Positions 1-12,237 are shown, numbered from the stretch's first letter. The stretch is DNA of 64,000 nt from an uncultured delta proteobacterium (GCA_963752595.1 CAVVYZ010000020.1:1-64000); one strand, 5' to 3'. The notes: a model not told the origin generated them from the letters alone. Made by a program: numbers and translations.

Positions 1-261
1 TCTGTTCAGAAGCCGCATTCTTTCGAGCGGTGGACGGGATGCATCTTCAAAAAACATTTTGAAAACGTTACCATAAACACTCATGAAATAATCTATGACC
101 TGCAGGCCGAATTCTTCCTTGCTCTTGAAAAAGTTATAGAAGGACCCTTTGGGTAACCCTGCCTTATCGAGGATTTCCTGTACACCTGTGTCGTTATAGC
201 CTTTCAGGTGCATGATTTCTGCACCTACAGCTATGAGTTTCTGTTTTTTATCCTCTTTCAT
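1..261 (-). CDS. TetR/AcrR family transcriptional regulator (NemR-like), truncated by window edge
   Basis: Manual translation MKEDKKQKLIAVGAEIMHLKGYNDTGVQEILDKAGLPKGSFYNFFKSKEEF shows the TetR HTH signature. Confidence 0.85.
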   Translation of the reverse strand, partial: MKEDKKQKLIAVGAEIMHLKGYNDTGVQEILDKAGLPKGSFYNFFKSKEEFGLQVIDYFMSVYGNVFKMFFEDASRPPLERMRLLNR

Positions 262-349
262 GATGAAGATTCCTTGAGCAAGATTTATTAGACCGGTCTG
301 TTTACTTAATCAAGCATATTTTCTTCCCCCGGAATGAAAGAGGCAAATA

Positions 350-736
350 CTACATTTGTTTGTACGTAATGGCGCTGATTACGGCGCCTTGCGGGTCCTG
401 AATCACACAAAACCGTCCGACGTTCGGAATGTCAATGGGCGGCACCAATATCTTACCGCCAAACTGTTCCGCGGATCGTGCCGTCGAGTCGACGTCATCC
501 ACGGTGACATAGGTACCCCACATCGGCGGCATCCCCTTAGCGTCTTTCGGCATCGGCATGATTCCGCCAACACCCTTGCCTCCTGCCTTGACCACGGTGT
601 AGGTCATCCCCGGCATTGACATATCTTCTGTATCCCATCCGAACAACTTGGTATAAAAGGCTTTCGCCGCATCCACATCAGTTGTCATCAGCTCACACCA
701 ACTGAACGCACCGTGTTGCTTGTATTGTTCGTCCAT
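350..736 (-). CDS. VOC/glyoxalase family protein
   Basis: GAFSWCELMTTDVDAAKAFY...GRFCVIQDPQGA; ATG at 736 with AGGAGG RBS. Confidence 0.9.
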   Translation of the reverse strand: MDEQYKQHGAFSWCELMTTDVDAAKAFYTKLFGWDTEDMSMPGMTYTVVKAGGKGVGGIMPMPKDAKGMPPMWGTYVTVDDVDSTARSAEQFGGKILVPPIDIPNVGRFCVIQDPQGAVISAITYKQM

Positions 737-861
737 TGTCTTTTCCTCCTGGAATCTCGGGAATAGATAAAAAGCCTCTGCTGCCTTAGATAATAATAAC
801 GTGCAGGCATGCATTTGACCATATGTGATGATCCGGCTGCCCTTTCCAAAAAGAGGATCGG

Positions 862-1503
862 TTATTCCTTTGGATATCCCACTGTCTGTGCCAGGATGAT
901 CTTCCGGCTGTTGCTAAGTTTCATTGCTTTTGCCAGGGCACCCCTGTCGATCGATCCTCTCACCACGGTTGCAAGACCCTCCGAGGCACAGAAGAGATAC
1001 ACATTCTGGCTGATAAAGCCCGTGTCTGCTGCAGAGTATAAGGCTTGCTCTTCGGCGCCGGCTCCTCCCATTTTCGAGAAATCGGCTACGTACACAAGGG
1101 TCACCGGGGCCTCCCTGACGAACGGCTGCATTCCCGTAAGAGGCCTGATATCTTGAGGAACGATCGGTTTTAATGAATGCCCTTTTGCATCGTAGAGGTA
1201 AAGACCGTCTTGGGTTGCCACGTAGACGTCGATCTCCTGCCAGTTCTTGGCTGACGGCGAGGTACGTTTCCCCGATCCGGGGCGGTTCACCCCGCAGGCT
1301 GCCCAGAGCATGTCGGACATGACATTGACCGGCAGCCTTATTGCGCTGAACGATCGTGATGATTGCCTCTCCTTCAGCGCGTTCATCAGAGTTTTGCCGC
1401 TATCCAATCGAGGGGAGGGGAGTTTGACCGGCTTTAATTCCTCGGCTGGCAATGACAAGGCATACGAGAGGAGAACTGCCACCAGGGACATTTTTTTGAA
1501 CAT
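862..1503 (-). CDS. SagB/ThcOx-type nitroreductase family protein with signal peptide
   Basis: RQSSRSFS, RTSPSAKNWQEID, QNVYLFCASEGLATVVRG motifs. Confidence 0.85.
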   Translation of the reverse strand: MFKKMSLVAVLLSYALSLPAEELKPVKLPSPRLDSGKTLMNALKERQSSRSFSAIRLPVNVMSDMLWAACGVNRPGSGKRTSPSAKNWQEIDVYVATQDGLYLYDAKGHSLKPIVPQDIRPLTGMQPFVREAPVTLVYVADFSKMGGAGAEEQALYSAADTGFISQNVYLFCASEGLATVVRGSIDRGALAKAMKLSNSRKIILAQTVGYPKE

Positions 1504-1606
1504 ACTTATCCTCCAGCAGAACACGAGATAGTATGAAATGAATAATACACGCGATCCCTAAAGGGAAAAGGGGGCGGATCGGGAGAGAAATTTCTCCTCT
1601 CTACGA

Positions 1607-2836
1607 TCAGCCCTGTTCCTTGCGCTTCTTGAGATTCAGCGCTTCCCATCAGGCCCTTTTCCCGGATCACTTTGAACTTGAGGCCGGTTTCGGTGAGCTT
1701 GAAGAAGCGCCTACCGTATTTTTTCAGGAGCTTCTCGTCGATCTCGAAGCCGAGGCCCGGGCCTGGTAAAGGGCTGCAGCCTGCCGTCCTTGTCCGGGAT
1801 GACGGGCTCGATGATGCCTTCCCGGAATTCCGGGACCCATGAAGGCTCTTCCAGCGGGTATTCCAGGGGCAGCGCGTTGTCCCGGTCCGCGAGCACCATG
1901 TTCCAGTTGACGTAGAAGCCGATGCCGTTGGTCCAGGTATGAGGGCTGTAGAGGCGTTCTTTCAGCTTGCAAGTGTCGATCACCTTCTTCACCTGCGCAA
2001 TGCCCCCGGAAAAGGTGGCGTCCGGCTGGTACACATGGAAGCAGTCCTTCTCGAACATGATCTTGATCTCGTCCCAGCCGTAGTTGAGTTCGGCGCCCGA
2101 GATCTTCACCTTTGATATTTTTTTCAGCGCGGCATTGCCGTCATAGTCGCGGGAATCCAGGGGCTCTTCGAGCCATTCTATGCCGCAGTCGGCGCAGGCG
2201 GAGGCGAAATCAGCGGCACGCGCTAAGGTCCCATGCAGGGATCCTGTCCACGATGGTGACAAGCCAGCCCTGGTTCGCATCCACCCCGAGCTTCATGGCA
2301 CCGGATAGCCCTTTGCTCACCACCTCGATGTGCCGGATATCATCGAGCAGCGCCGCGTTCTTCACCCTGAGCTTGGCGGTCTTGAATCCGCGTTCCCTCA
2401 TGGCCAGGAGTTCATCGACCCTTCGCTCAGGGTCGTGCATCTCGCCAGTGGAAAGATAGACATCCACAGGCCGCGCTCTGCCGCCCAGCAGCTCATAGAC
2501 CGGTTTGCCCCGGCTCTTACCCATGATGTCCCAGCATGCGGGCTCGATCCAGAAGTTTCTCCAGCCGAGATAGCCTGCCTGTTTCAGCAGCCCCTGGACA
2601 CGGTCGATATCGGTGGGGTCTGCGCCGATGAGGTAGCTGCCGATGAGGTCGCCAAGGCCCTCGCGCTCACGGCCCATGGCCGCACCTGCTGAATAGCCGG
2701 TAATGCCGTCATCCGTGGTTATCCTGATCAGGGTAAAGCGGTTGTGCGTCTGCGGGTAGCCCGGGATCCACGTGGGCCAGAAGGTTTTTTTCAACGGGAC
2801 GGAAACATGGAACAGCTCTATGGCTTTTATCTTCAT
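1607..2836 (-). CDS. Mandelate racemase/muconate lactonizing enzyme (enolase superfamily), frameshifted
   Basis: KLRV..GVDANQGW, WLEEP, ELN, QPDA, PGLG motifs spread over frames; shifts near 2225 and 1755; 3' end approximate. Confidence 0.8.
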
Positions 2837-3369
2837 ACTGCCACCTCTTTAAGCATCTTCCCCGTAGGGTAAAACATTCAGCGATCTTCTGAACTATATT
2901 GTAACCCTTTCCTTCACGCTCTGCAAGAGCACGAGGGGGATCGGGTTTTATTTCACCCGGGCTCGGGAAGCTGGGCAGGAACACGCTGCTCATTCACCCC
3001 TGTCCGGCAATTACATAGGGTAAGAGACGGTTTCCTTCCTGACATTTTTTATCGCATTATTTCTATATTCGTAAAATTGTCAAATGGCACTGAAATGGGA
3101 TAATTATGATAATAAAGCTTTAAACCGACGGAATGATCTGCCGGTCTGCTACCGCAGTGCCGGCCGGCCAATAATTACATGATCCGCGTCACCAGCCAGG
3201 AGAGCAGCGCCATCACCGGCTCCAGCCAGACCTTTGCCATCGCCCTCGGCAAAGTAATTATGGGCGGACGTCCTCGGTTTTCCTTTTTTGGATTGCACCG
3301 CTGTTGAGATGACAAATATCATATCTTCCTTGCGTCCCTGTTCAGCCGTGCGATACAACAATGTTACCC

Positions 3370-3831
3370 ATGCAGATATTTGTAGATGCCGATGCATTAC
3401 CGAATGGAATAAAGGACATCCTGTTCCGCGCAGCCTTAAGGCTTCACATTCCTATGACCATGGTGGCGAACAAGAATGTGACAGTGGAAAGGTCAGCCTA
3501 TATCAAGTGCATTATTGTGACGGCAGGCCCGGATGTGGCGGATGACCGGATCGTCGAGCTGGTTGGGCCGGGCGACCTGGTCGTCACAGCCGATATCCCC
3601 CTTGCAGACCGTGTCGTGGCAAAGGGTGCTTATGCCATTGACCCGCGGGGAGACCTGTATACGAGAGAGAACATCAAAGACAGACTTTCCATGCGCGATC
3701 TCATGAACGAGTTGAGAAACGGCGGCATTATCACCGGCGGCCCTCCGGCATTCAGCAAGAAAGACCGTTCCGCCTTTGCCAACCAGCTGAACAGCTTCCT
3801 GACGAAACACGCTAATCCTTCGAAATCATAG
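3370..3831 (+). CDS. YaiI/YqxD (UPF0178) family protein
   Basis: IFVDADALP, DVADDRIV, VTADIPLA motifs. Confidence 0.9.
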   Translation: MQIFVDADALPNGIKDILFRAALRLHIPMTMVANKNVTVERSAYIKCIIVTAGPDVADDRIVELVGPGDLVVTADIPLADRVVAKGAYAIDPRGDLYTRENIKDRLSMRDLMNELRNGGIITGGPPAFSKKDRSAFANQLNSFLTKHANPSKS

Positions 3832-4207
3832 TAATTTTCTATCACAAATATACTGCGGCCATGCCTCCCGTCCAAGTATAATAAGGGGGCACTATAAAAT
3901 ATTAAGGGGGCACCATACTGATTTTCCATCATGAGACAACACGGAGGAATAAATAATTAGTATGGTGTCCCCCGATATTTTTCGTGAATCCCTTTGGATT
4001 TACGTTATCATGCGCTGTTTTTAACAGAGCATGTCTGAAATCAAGTTGATTTATCCCGGTATATGTCTGTAGACTAAAAGGCATGGCCGACCGTCTGAAA
4101 GAGCCGTGTGCACAGCCTTGGAAAGAAGCTTTTGACTGCGGATGTGCATGAAGGAAAGGGCGTGCGGATATCATCTTGGAAATGGCAGAAGGTAAAGGAT
4201 TCAGCGG

Positions 4208-5524
4208 GTGAATGTTTTCAGACTTGGAAAATGGGGCTGTGAATCACTGTTTCGCGTTCCGGCTCTTTCCCTCGGGGTGATCATCCTGTGTGCCGGTTTG
4301 TCTTTTGCGGCGGATGCGATAAAGCCGGGCGAGACTCTGGACCTGAAGCGGTGCATCGAAATCGCGCTTGAGAGACATCCCGCTCTCACGAGCGCTGCAG
4401 GCACCCTCGATGCGAGCAGGAGCAGGGTTTCCCAGGCAAAGGCGGGCTATTATCCCCGGATCGATCTCTCCACCGGTTACGAGCGGACACATCCTGCTTC
4501 CGGGTCCGGATCGGCAGCGGCGTCGGATGATGAGTACCAGGGCAGGGCCGATCTCTCCCAGACGATCTACGACTTCGGGAGGACATCCTCTTCGGTCAAG
4601 GTGAACTCGCTCTTTGCCGAGTCCTCGCGGGCCGATTACGAAGATACGGCGAACCGGGTCGTTTTCAACGTGAAGCAGGCCTACTACGAACTTTCGAAGT
4701 CAAGGAAGGACAGGGATGCCCTTGCCGAGACCGTGCTCCGCTATGAGAAACACCTCGACCAGGCGAAGCGGTTCTACGAGGCAGGGATCAGGCCCAAGAT
4801 CGACGTGACCATGTCCGAGGTGGACCTGGGCCGGGCAAGGCTTGACATCCTCAAGGCGGAGAATGCCCTGCGGATCGCCCGGATCGCGCTGAACAACGCC
4901 ATGGGGGTTCCGGCTGCCCCGGCCTACGAGATCCTGGATGAGGCCGGCATACCTGATTACGCCATCGATCTCGAAGCAGCCCTGGAAAGGGGCTTCAAGT
5001 CCCGGCCGGACCTCTTGTCTGCTCAGGCGCAGCGCGAGGCAGCCGAACGGTCCGTCGACCTGGCCCGCACGGGGTACTATCCGATCCTTTCCGGCAGCGC
5101 AGGCTATGGTTGGACAGGCGAGGAATTCCCGCTTGAAAGGGAGTGGAGCCTCGGGACAATGCTCACGTTCCCTCTGTTCAATGGCTTCTCTACACGTCAC
5201 CGGGTGCAGGAGGCGAGAGCCGGCGTGGATGTGTACAGGGGAAATGAAGAGGTCGTCAGGCAGAACGTCCGGTATGAGATCGAGCAGGCCTTCTATAACG
5301 TAAGGGAGGCGCGCGAGCGGATCACCCTGGCAGAGCTCCTCGTGAGACATGCACAGCAGAACCGTGAGCTTGCCCAGGGGCGTTATGCCGAAGAGGTAGG
5401 GAACACCATTGAGGTGACCGATGCATTGGTCGCTGAGGTCGACGCCAAGGCCGAGTATATTACTGCCCTGTACGATTACCGGATAGCCGTTGCCAACCTG
5501 GAGAAGGCCATGGGGGGAAGATGA
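4208..5524 (+). CDS. TolC family outer membrane efflux protein
   Basis: Signal peptide, two OEP-like repeats (YYPRIDL / YYPILSG), first gene of an RND operon. Confidence 0.9.
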   Translation: MNVFRLGKWGCESLFRVPALSLGVIILCAGLSFAADAIKPGETLDLKRCIEIALERHPALTSAAGTLDASRSRVSQAKAGYYPRIDLSTGYERTHPASGSGSAAASDDEYQGRADLSQTIYDFGRTSSSVKVNSLFAESSRADYEDTANRVVFNVKQAYYELSKSRKDRDALAETVLRYEKHLDQAKRFYEAGIRPKIDVTMSEVDLGRARLDILKAENALRIARIALNNAMGVPAAPAYEILDEAGIPDYAIDLEAALERGFKSRPDLLSAQAQREAAERSVDLARTGYYPILSGSAGYGWTGEEFPLEREWSLGTMLTFPLFNGFSTRHRVQEARAGVDVYRGNEEVVRQNVRYEIEQAFYNVREARERITLAELLVRHAQQNRELAQGRYAEEVGNTIEVTDALVAEVDAKAEYITALYDYRIAVANLEKAMGGR

Positions 5525-6621
5525 TGAAAAAGATCATAGGAGGGTGGCTGCCGGTCCTTTTTGCCGCAGTAATGCTCATCAGCGCCTGTTCACCGGATAA
5601 AAAGCCGCCCGCTGCGAGGCCTGCACCGGTGGATGTCGCAGTTGCAGCGAATAAGGCTGTTCCGGTGCGTTTGCACGCACTGGGTGCGGTTGAGGCATAT
5701 CAGACCATATCGGTGATGAGCCAGGTCACGGCACAGATCAGGAAGGTCCTTTTCAAAGAGGGCCAGGATGTGAAGGCAGGTGACCTTCTCATCGAGCTCG
5801 ACTGCCGCACCTATGAAGCCGAGCTTCAAAAGGCCGAGGCCGACCTTGCCAGGGACAGAGCCCAGGCAAAGTTTGCAGGCATACAGTCGCGCCGGTACTC
5901 CGACCTGGTGAAGAAGGACTATGTGGCGCGTGAGCAGTACGACCAATTGCAGGCAAACCATGAGGCCCTCGAAGCAACAGTAAAGGCCGATGAGGCTTTT
6001 GTGGAGTCATCCCGCGTCCAGATCCGGTACTGCTCCATCTATTCGCCCGTCGACGGCCGGGCGGGCATGCAGAAGGTGAGCTCAGGGAATATCGTCAGGG
6101 CCAACGATACCGAGATCCTCACCATACATCAGATCCAGCCGGTCAAGGTATCTTTTGCCATCCCCGAAAATGACCTGCCCGAGGTAAGGAAATACTTCCC
6201 GGGGAAAAAGATCGAAGCAGATGCCCTTCTCCCCGGCGAAGAACGGCCCGAAAAGGGAGAGCTCTTCTCCGTGGACAATGCCGTCAGCCGGACGACCGGG
6301 ACCATCATGCTCAAAGCCGTGTTTGCAAACCCGGATAAGCGTCTTGTGCCCGGACAGTTCGTCGATGTGGAGCTTACGCTCACCACCGAGCCCGACGTCC
6401 TGCTTGTTCCCTCCAGGAGCGTGGAGCAGGGGCAGGGGGGCCGGTATGTCTTTGTGGTCGGGCCTGACCTGACTGCCGAGATGAGGCCCGTCGTCACCGG
6501 CCGGGAGGTTGGAGAAGAAACCGTGATCCTGAAAGGGCTTAGACCCGGAGAGCAGGTGGTCGTCAACGGACAGCTGCGGCTCACGCCGGGCGCTAAGGTC
6601 GTCGTAAAAGGGAAAGAATGA
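5521..6621 (+). CDS. RND efflux periplasmic adaptor (MdtA-like), lipoprotein
   Basis: Lipobox LISAC, FKEGQDVKAGDLL, IYSPVDG, PGQFV motifs. Confidence 0.9.
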   Translation: MMKKIIGGWLPVLFAAVMLISACSPDKKPPAARPAPVDVAVAANKAVPVRLHALGAVEAYQTISVMSQVTAQIRKVLFKEGQDVKAGDLLIELDCRTYEAELQKAEADLARDRAQAKFAGIQSRRYSDLVKKDYVAREQYDQLQANHEALEATVKADEAFVESSRVQIRYCSIYSPVDGRAGMQKVSSGNIVRANDTEILTIHQIQPVKVSFAIPENDLPEVRKYFPGKKIEADALLPGEERPEKGELFSVDNAVSRTTGTIMLKAVFANPDKRLVPGQFVDVELTLTTEPDVLLVPSRSVEQGQGGRYVFVVGPDLTAEMRPVVTGREVGEETVILKGLRPGEQVVVNGQLRLTPGAKVVVKGKE

Positions 6622-6642
6622 CACGGGACGGGTGGTACTGAA

Positions 6643-9600
6643 ATGAATATTTCGAGCCTGTTCATACGACGCCCGATCATGACCACGCTTGTCATGATGT
6701 CGTTCATCCTCTTCGGCATCGTGGCCTACCGGGCCCTGCCTGTCAGCGAGCTTCCGAACGTGGATTTTCCCACGATCCGGGTGTCAGCGAGCCTTTCCGG
6801 GGCAAGCCCGGAGACCATGGCGTCATCGGTGGCGACGCCGCTTGAAGGCGAGTTTTCCACCATAGCGGGCCTCGAGTCCATGACCTCGTCGAGCTCGCTG
6901 GGCAGAACTCAGATCACTTTGCAGTTCAGTCTGGAGAGGGATATCGATGCGGCTGCCCAGGATGTCCAGGCCGCCATCTCATCTGTCTCGCATCACCTTC
7001 CCGACGACATGGACTCGCCCCCCTCCTTCAGGAAGGTCAATCCTGCGGACGCACCCATCCTCATCATCTCGCTGAACTCGCCCACCCTGTCTCTTTCCAA
7101 GGTGAACGAGTACGCAGAGAACCTCCTTGCAAAACGGATATCCATGATCAACGGCGTGGCCGAGGTGGGTGTCATGGGGTCGCAGAAATATGCAGTCAGG
7201 GTGCAGGTCGACCCGAAGGCGCTGGCATCCAGGTCCATAGGGATAGACGAGGTGGCCGACGCCATAGGTTCGGGGAATGCCAATCTTCCCACAGGAACTC
7301 TGTGGGGGATGCACAAGTCCTACACCCTCCAGAGCTCGGGCCAGCTGGCAAACGCCGCTCAGTTCCGGCCGCTGATCGTGACATACAGGGACGGATCGCC
7401 GGTACGGCTGGGAGACCTGGGCCGGGTGATCGACTCCGTTGAGAACACAAATCGGCCTCGTGGTTCAACGACGACCCGAGCATCGTGCTCTCGGTCGAGC
7501 GTCAGCCGGGCACCAATACGGTGGAAGTCGCCCGGAACATCAGAGAGATCCTCCCGAGTTTCCGGACGCTGCTGCCTGCTTCCATCAACCTCGATATCCT
7601 TTATGACCGGTCCGAATCAATCAGAGAATCCATCACGGATGTGCAGATCACCCTTATCCTGGCCCTTGTCCTCGTGGTCCTCGTCATCTTTTTCTTCCTG
7701 CGCAACGCGTCGGCAACACTCATCCCCAGCCTTGCCCTGCCCGGTCTCATAGTAGGAACCTTCGCGGTCATGTATCTTGCCGGCTTCAACCTCGATAACC
7801 TTTCTCTCATGGCGCTCACCCTGTGCGTAGGGTTTGTGGTGGATGACGCCATCGTCATGCTGGAGAACATCGTGCGGCATGTGGAGAGGGGAAAGCTCCC
7901 ATGGAGGCCGCCTTGAACGGTTCAAGGGAGATCAGCTTCACCATCGTTTCCATGACCCTCTCCCTGGTGGCCGTTTTCATCCCGGTCCTCTTCATGGGCG
8001 GCATCGTGGGAAGGCTCCTCAACGAATTCGCCGTCACCATCGTGGTGGCCGTTCTCATCTCCGGGGTCGTTTCGCTGAGCCTGACGCCCATGCTCTGCAG
8101 CATCATGCTCCGGCCGTCGGACAGGGAAAAGCATGGCCGGGCCTACCAGGCATGCGAGCAGTATTTTCGAGGGAATGCGCCGCATGTACGAGAGGAGCCT
8201 CCGCTGGGTTTTGCGTTACAGGCCGGCCGTGCTCCTCTGTCTCCCTGGTTCTCCTGTGCGGGGGTCGTCTATCTCTATGTCGTAATGCCCAAGGGGTTCC
8301 TCCCGAGCGAGGACTCCGGCCAGATCATTGTTCCACGGAGGCGGCCCAGGGGACATCGTTCGAATCCATGGTTGAATATCAGAACAAAGTCGCCGACATC
8401 ATACGGAAGGACCCTGAACGTGGACATCGTCATGTCGAACGTGGGGAGGGGGCTCATCCAATACGGGGAGCCTCATGATCCGGTTGAAGCCCCGGAGTGT
8501 GCGCAGCAGGAGCGCGGACGAGGTAATCCAGAACCTGAGGCCGAAGCTGGCTTCCATCCCCGGCATCCAGGCCTACCTGCAGAATCCGCCGCCTATCCGC
8601 ATCGGCGGATACCAGACAAAGAGCCAGTACCAGTATACCCTCCAGAGCCCGGATATCGACGAGCTGTACCGCTATGCCCCGATGCTCGAGGCAAAGCTGA
8701 AGGAGATCGCCGGATTCCAGGACGTGACGAGCGACCTTCAGATCAAGAACCCGCAGATATCCGTCAGCATCGACCGGGACAAGGCATCGGCGCTGGGTTT
8801 GAGCATCCGGCAGATAGAGAGCGCCCTCGGGAGCGCATATCTCCTCCCGGCAGGTCTCGACGATCTATGCATCCGACAACGACTATCAGGTGATCCTCGA
8901 GCTCGAGCCGGAGTATCAGGCGGACCCGTCGGCGCTTATCGCTCCTCTACATCCGCTCATCTCAGGGGGCCTGGTGCCCTTGAGCACGGTCGCACGGTTC
9001 GACCATACCGTGGGTCCGCTCACCATAAGCCACCTGGGGCAGCTCCCTGCGGTGACGCTTTCCTTCAACCTGGCACCCGGGAGGTCGCTGGGGGACGCGG
9101 TGAAAGAGGTGGAAAAGGATCGCAGGTACAATCCTGCCCGATACGGTCTCCGGAAGCCTCCAGGGCACGGCCCAGGCCTTCGAGTCGTCCATGGTGGGAC
9201 TTGAACATCCTGATACTGGTGGCCATACTGGTCATCTATGTCGTGCTGGGGATCCTCTACGAGAGCTTCATCCACCCGCTGACCATCCTTTCCGGGCTGC
9301 CGTCGGCAGGGATCGGCGCGCTCCTGACACTGCTCATTTTCCGCATCGACCTCAACCTGTATGCCCTGGTGGGGGTCATCATGCTCATCGGCATCGTGAA
9401 GAAGAATGCCATCATGATGATCGACTTCGCCCTGGATGCCCAGAGGAGGGAAGGGAAGAAACCCGAGGAAGCGATTTTTCAGGGGGCGCTGATCCGTTTC
9501 CGACCCATCATGATGACCACCATGGCCGCCCTTGCGGCGACGCTGCCCATTGCCGTGGGCTGGGGAGCAGGAGGGGAAACCCGTCAGCCGCTCGGGCTCG

Positions 9601-9731
9601 CCGTGGTCGGGGGGCTTGTCTTCTCACAGATCGTGACCCTGTACATCACCCCGGTCACCTACATCTATCTCGATGCCCTTCAGACAGCGATTCAGCGACG
9701 CTATCGCAGGCTCCGGCATACAACATCCTGA
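6643..9731 (+). CDS. RND efflux permease (MdtB/MdtC-like), multiple frameshifts
   Basis: FIRRPIMT, GFVVDDAIVMLENI, GIVKKNAIMMIDFA, RFRPIMMTT motifs distributed over successive ORFs. Confidence 0.9.
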
Positions 9732-9742
9732 TACCTTGGATA

Positions 9743-10441
9743 TTACTCCCTCCGGCTGTCGGGCGCCTGAAGCTTGTACCCTACGCTATAGATCGAGCAG
9801 ATGATCTCCTGGTCCGGCAGCAAACCGGCGATCTTCCTGCGGAGGTTCTTTATATGGGTATCGACGGTGCGGTCGTATCCTTCGTAGTCATACCCCTGGA
9901 CCCGGTTTACCAGCTCACTACGTGAGAAGGCACGTCCGGGATTGGCCATGAGAACCCGCAGGAGTCCGAACTCGTTGGGTGTCAGTTTGAGCTCCCGGCC
10001 TTCAATGGTAACCTCGCGAGTGTCTTCTTGCAGCACGATGCTGCCCACCTTCAGCATGCTGCCTTCCAGAACGGGCTGCATGCGCCTGAGGACCGCCTTG
10101 ATACGTGCAACGACTTCCCTGGGGCTGAAAGGCTTGCACATGTAGTCGTCAGCCCCGAGCTCCAGCCCGAGGAGCCGGTCGATCTCCTCCACCCGCGCAG
10201 TGACCATGATGATGGGGATCTGGGAGGACTTTCTGATCTCCCGGCACACATCCATGCCGTCCATGCCCGGCAGCATGATGTCCAGCAGAATGAGGTCCGG
10301 TGATTTCTGCCTCAGGAAGGGTATCACCTCGTCACCCCGGCCCAGGCGAGATACGGAGCAGCCAGTCCGCTCGAGATAATCTTTCAGGAGTGCAGCGATC
10401 TTGTCTTCGTCTTCAACGATGAGTATATGCTTGGAGTTCAT
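9743..10441 (-). CDS. OmpR-family response regulator (BaeR-like)
   Basis: Receiver domain LLDIMLPGMDG, GADDYMCKPFSPREV, winged helix DRTVDTHIKNLRRK. Confidence 0.92.
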   Translation of the reverse strand: MNSKHILIVEDEDKIAALLKDYLERTGCSVSRLGRGDEVIPFLRQKSPDLILLDIMLPGMDGMDVCREIRKSSQIPIIMVTARVEEIDRLLGLELGADDYMCKPFSPREVVARIKAVLRRMQPVLEGSMLKVGSIVLQEDTREVTIEGRELKLTPNEFGLLRVLMANPGRAFSRSELVNRVQGYDYEGYDRTVDTHIKNLRRKIAGLLPDQEIICSIYSVGYKLQAPDSRRE

Positions 10442-11925
10442 ACAAAGATTACCTCTTCCTGTGAGGTCTGCCTATGCGCCGGCAGGACGATCTCGATGCG
10501 CAGGCCGCCAAGCGGTGAATGGTCCGTCCTGATCTTCCCTTCGAATGATTCCACGATGCCCTTGCAGATGGCCAGGCCCAGCCCGCTTCCATAATGCTTG
10601 CGTGACCTTGACGGGTCGATGCGGTAGAGCCTGTCGAACAGCTTGTTTAAGGATTCGTGGGGAACGCCCGGCTTGGTGTCTTCAAAAATGAGACGCAGTT
10701 CGTCTCCTTGAAACTTCCACAGGATATTCAGCTTCCCGGGTGAGTCGGTATAGTGCAGGCTGTTCTCCAGGAGGTTCGAGAAGACCTGGGCCAGACGATG
10801 GCTGTCGCCAATGATAGTGACGCCGGTATCCTGCCCGGGGGCATAGGTGAGAGTGAGAGCCTGCTCGGCAAACCTCGGAGAGAACATTTTAATGGTTTCC
10901 GTGAGCACCTTGATCACATCAACCGGCTCTTTCGTGACCGGAACCGTACCGTCATCCACCATGGAAAGCTCATGGAGGTCGTTGGCGAGCTTTTCCAGGT
11001 GTAGGACCTCGGAATAGAGCGAATCGAGACTCTTGCCGGACATTTCGCGCACACCGTCCTGAATGGCCTCGATCTCGCCCTTGAGAATGGAGAGCGGTGT
11101 CCTCAGGTCATGGGAGATGTCCGAGATGAGCTGCTTGCGAAGTATTTCATATTGTTCGAGGGTCTGGGCCATGAGGTTGAAGTTGTCGGCCAGGTGTCCC
11201 AGTTCATCGCGGGTTTTTACCTTTATCCGGGTATCGAATTTCCGTAAGGCCATGGCATGCGTCCCTTTCGTAATCCGGTCGACAGGCCTGAGAATGCTCC
11301 GTGAAAGCAGGATGGATATAAGGATGGACAGAGACAGGACCGAGCACCCGACGATGAAGAAGGTCATGGTCTGGCGGTAGAGGTATTTTTCCTCCTGCGG
11401 TGTTGTTACTCTTTCCGTTCTTTTTATCAGGCCGAGCCAGCCTACGATTTCTCCATCGACCTCGATCGGCTTCATAATCTGCTTATGCAGGGAGGCGGCC
11501 TTTCCTGCCACCACCCGTTTGTTTGCATCGTAGAGGGTTACCCTCCTCCTGATGGCCGGATAATATGTTTCCACGGGCTGAGGGCTTTTCACTTTCCCCG
11601 GGCCATTGTATCCGGGCGTCCCGCTGTTTTGATCGCCGGGGTGAAGAGGGAGCTTCGAATCACAGATTTCTTTGGGTATATCCGGGAACAGCATATCCCT
11701 GAATGCATTCGGGGGCCCTTTCACGAGTTCCCAGTCGCGGTGAATTCTGTAGGAATCCCCCAGCTTTCCTGCAAAATCATTGAACCGATCTATTTCCCAG
11801 TTGATCACGAAGTCCTTGAGCTCCTGTTTGAAGAAATGCCGCATGAGCCCCATCATCAGGATCATACTGATCATGCCCGTAAACACAAACATCAGGAAGA
11901 GCTTGTACCCAAGTTTTATCTTCAT
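10438..11925 (-). CDS. Sensor histidine kinase (BaeS-like), HAMP + HisKA + HATPase
   Basis: Two TM segments, HAMP (RDELGHLADNFN), SHDLRTPL, GSGLGLAI. Confidence 0.92.
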   Translation of the reverse strand: MKIKLGYKLFLMFVFTGMISMILMMGLMRHFFKQELKDFVINWEIDRFNDFAGKLGDSYRIHRDWELVKGPPNAFRDMLFPDIPKEICDSKLPLHPGDQNSGTPGYNGPGKVKSPQPVETYYPAIRRRVTLYDANKRVVAGKAASLHKQIMKPIEVDGEIVGWLGLIKRTERVTTPQEEKYLYRQTMTFFIVGCSVLSLSILISILLSRSILRPVDRITKGTHAMALRKFDTRIKVKTRDELGHLADNFNLMAQTLEQYEILRKQLISDISHDLRTPLSILKGEIEAIQDGVREMSGKSLDSLYSEVLHLEKLANDLHELSMVDDGTVPVTKEPVDVIKVLTETIKMFSPRFAEQALTLTYAPGQDTGVTIIGDSHRLAQVFSNLLENSLHYTDSPGKLNILWKFQGDELRLIFEDTKPGVPHESLNKLFDRLYRIDPSRSRKHYGSGLGLAICKGIVESFEGKIRTDHSPLGGLRIEIVLPAHRQTSQEEVIFV

Positions 11926-11953
11926 CTGTTCACCTGCTCGGTTTGCTTAAGAT

Positions 11954-12011
11954 AATCTTCACGATTTAACCACGATGCTTCCACTGGTTCACCATAATTA
12001 CCCGCTAGACT
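11954..12011 (+). promoter_or_regulatory. 4 x 11-bp tandem CA(C/T) box array plus -10-like TAGACT
   Basis: CA at 11960, 11971, 11982, 11993; TAGACT at 12006; same layout repeats elsewhere in the window. Confidence 0.65.
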
Positions 12012-12179
12012 TACCACACTCTGATGAGCAGGTGCATCCAAAAAATTATGAGTAAATCGGGGACGGGTTCGCATTTCAAAAAAATCAGGGCAGTTGTTGC
12101 GGATGAATCGGCTTTAAATGCGGACACGTCTCCGATTTGAAGGGCTATTCACATGAACGGCGGATCGGCCCGGGGAGAC

Positions 12180-12237
12180 GAATTACACAATCACTCCATG
12201 GAAATGACACATTTCCTTCATAATTGGGTGATACTCG
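12180..12237 (+). promoter_or_regulatory. Second 4 x 11-bp CA(C/T) box array upstream of the porin gene
   Basis: CA at 12186, 12197, 12208, 12219. Confidence 0.55.
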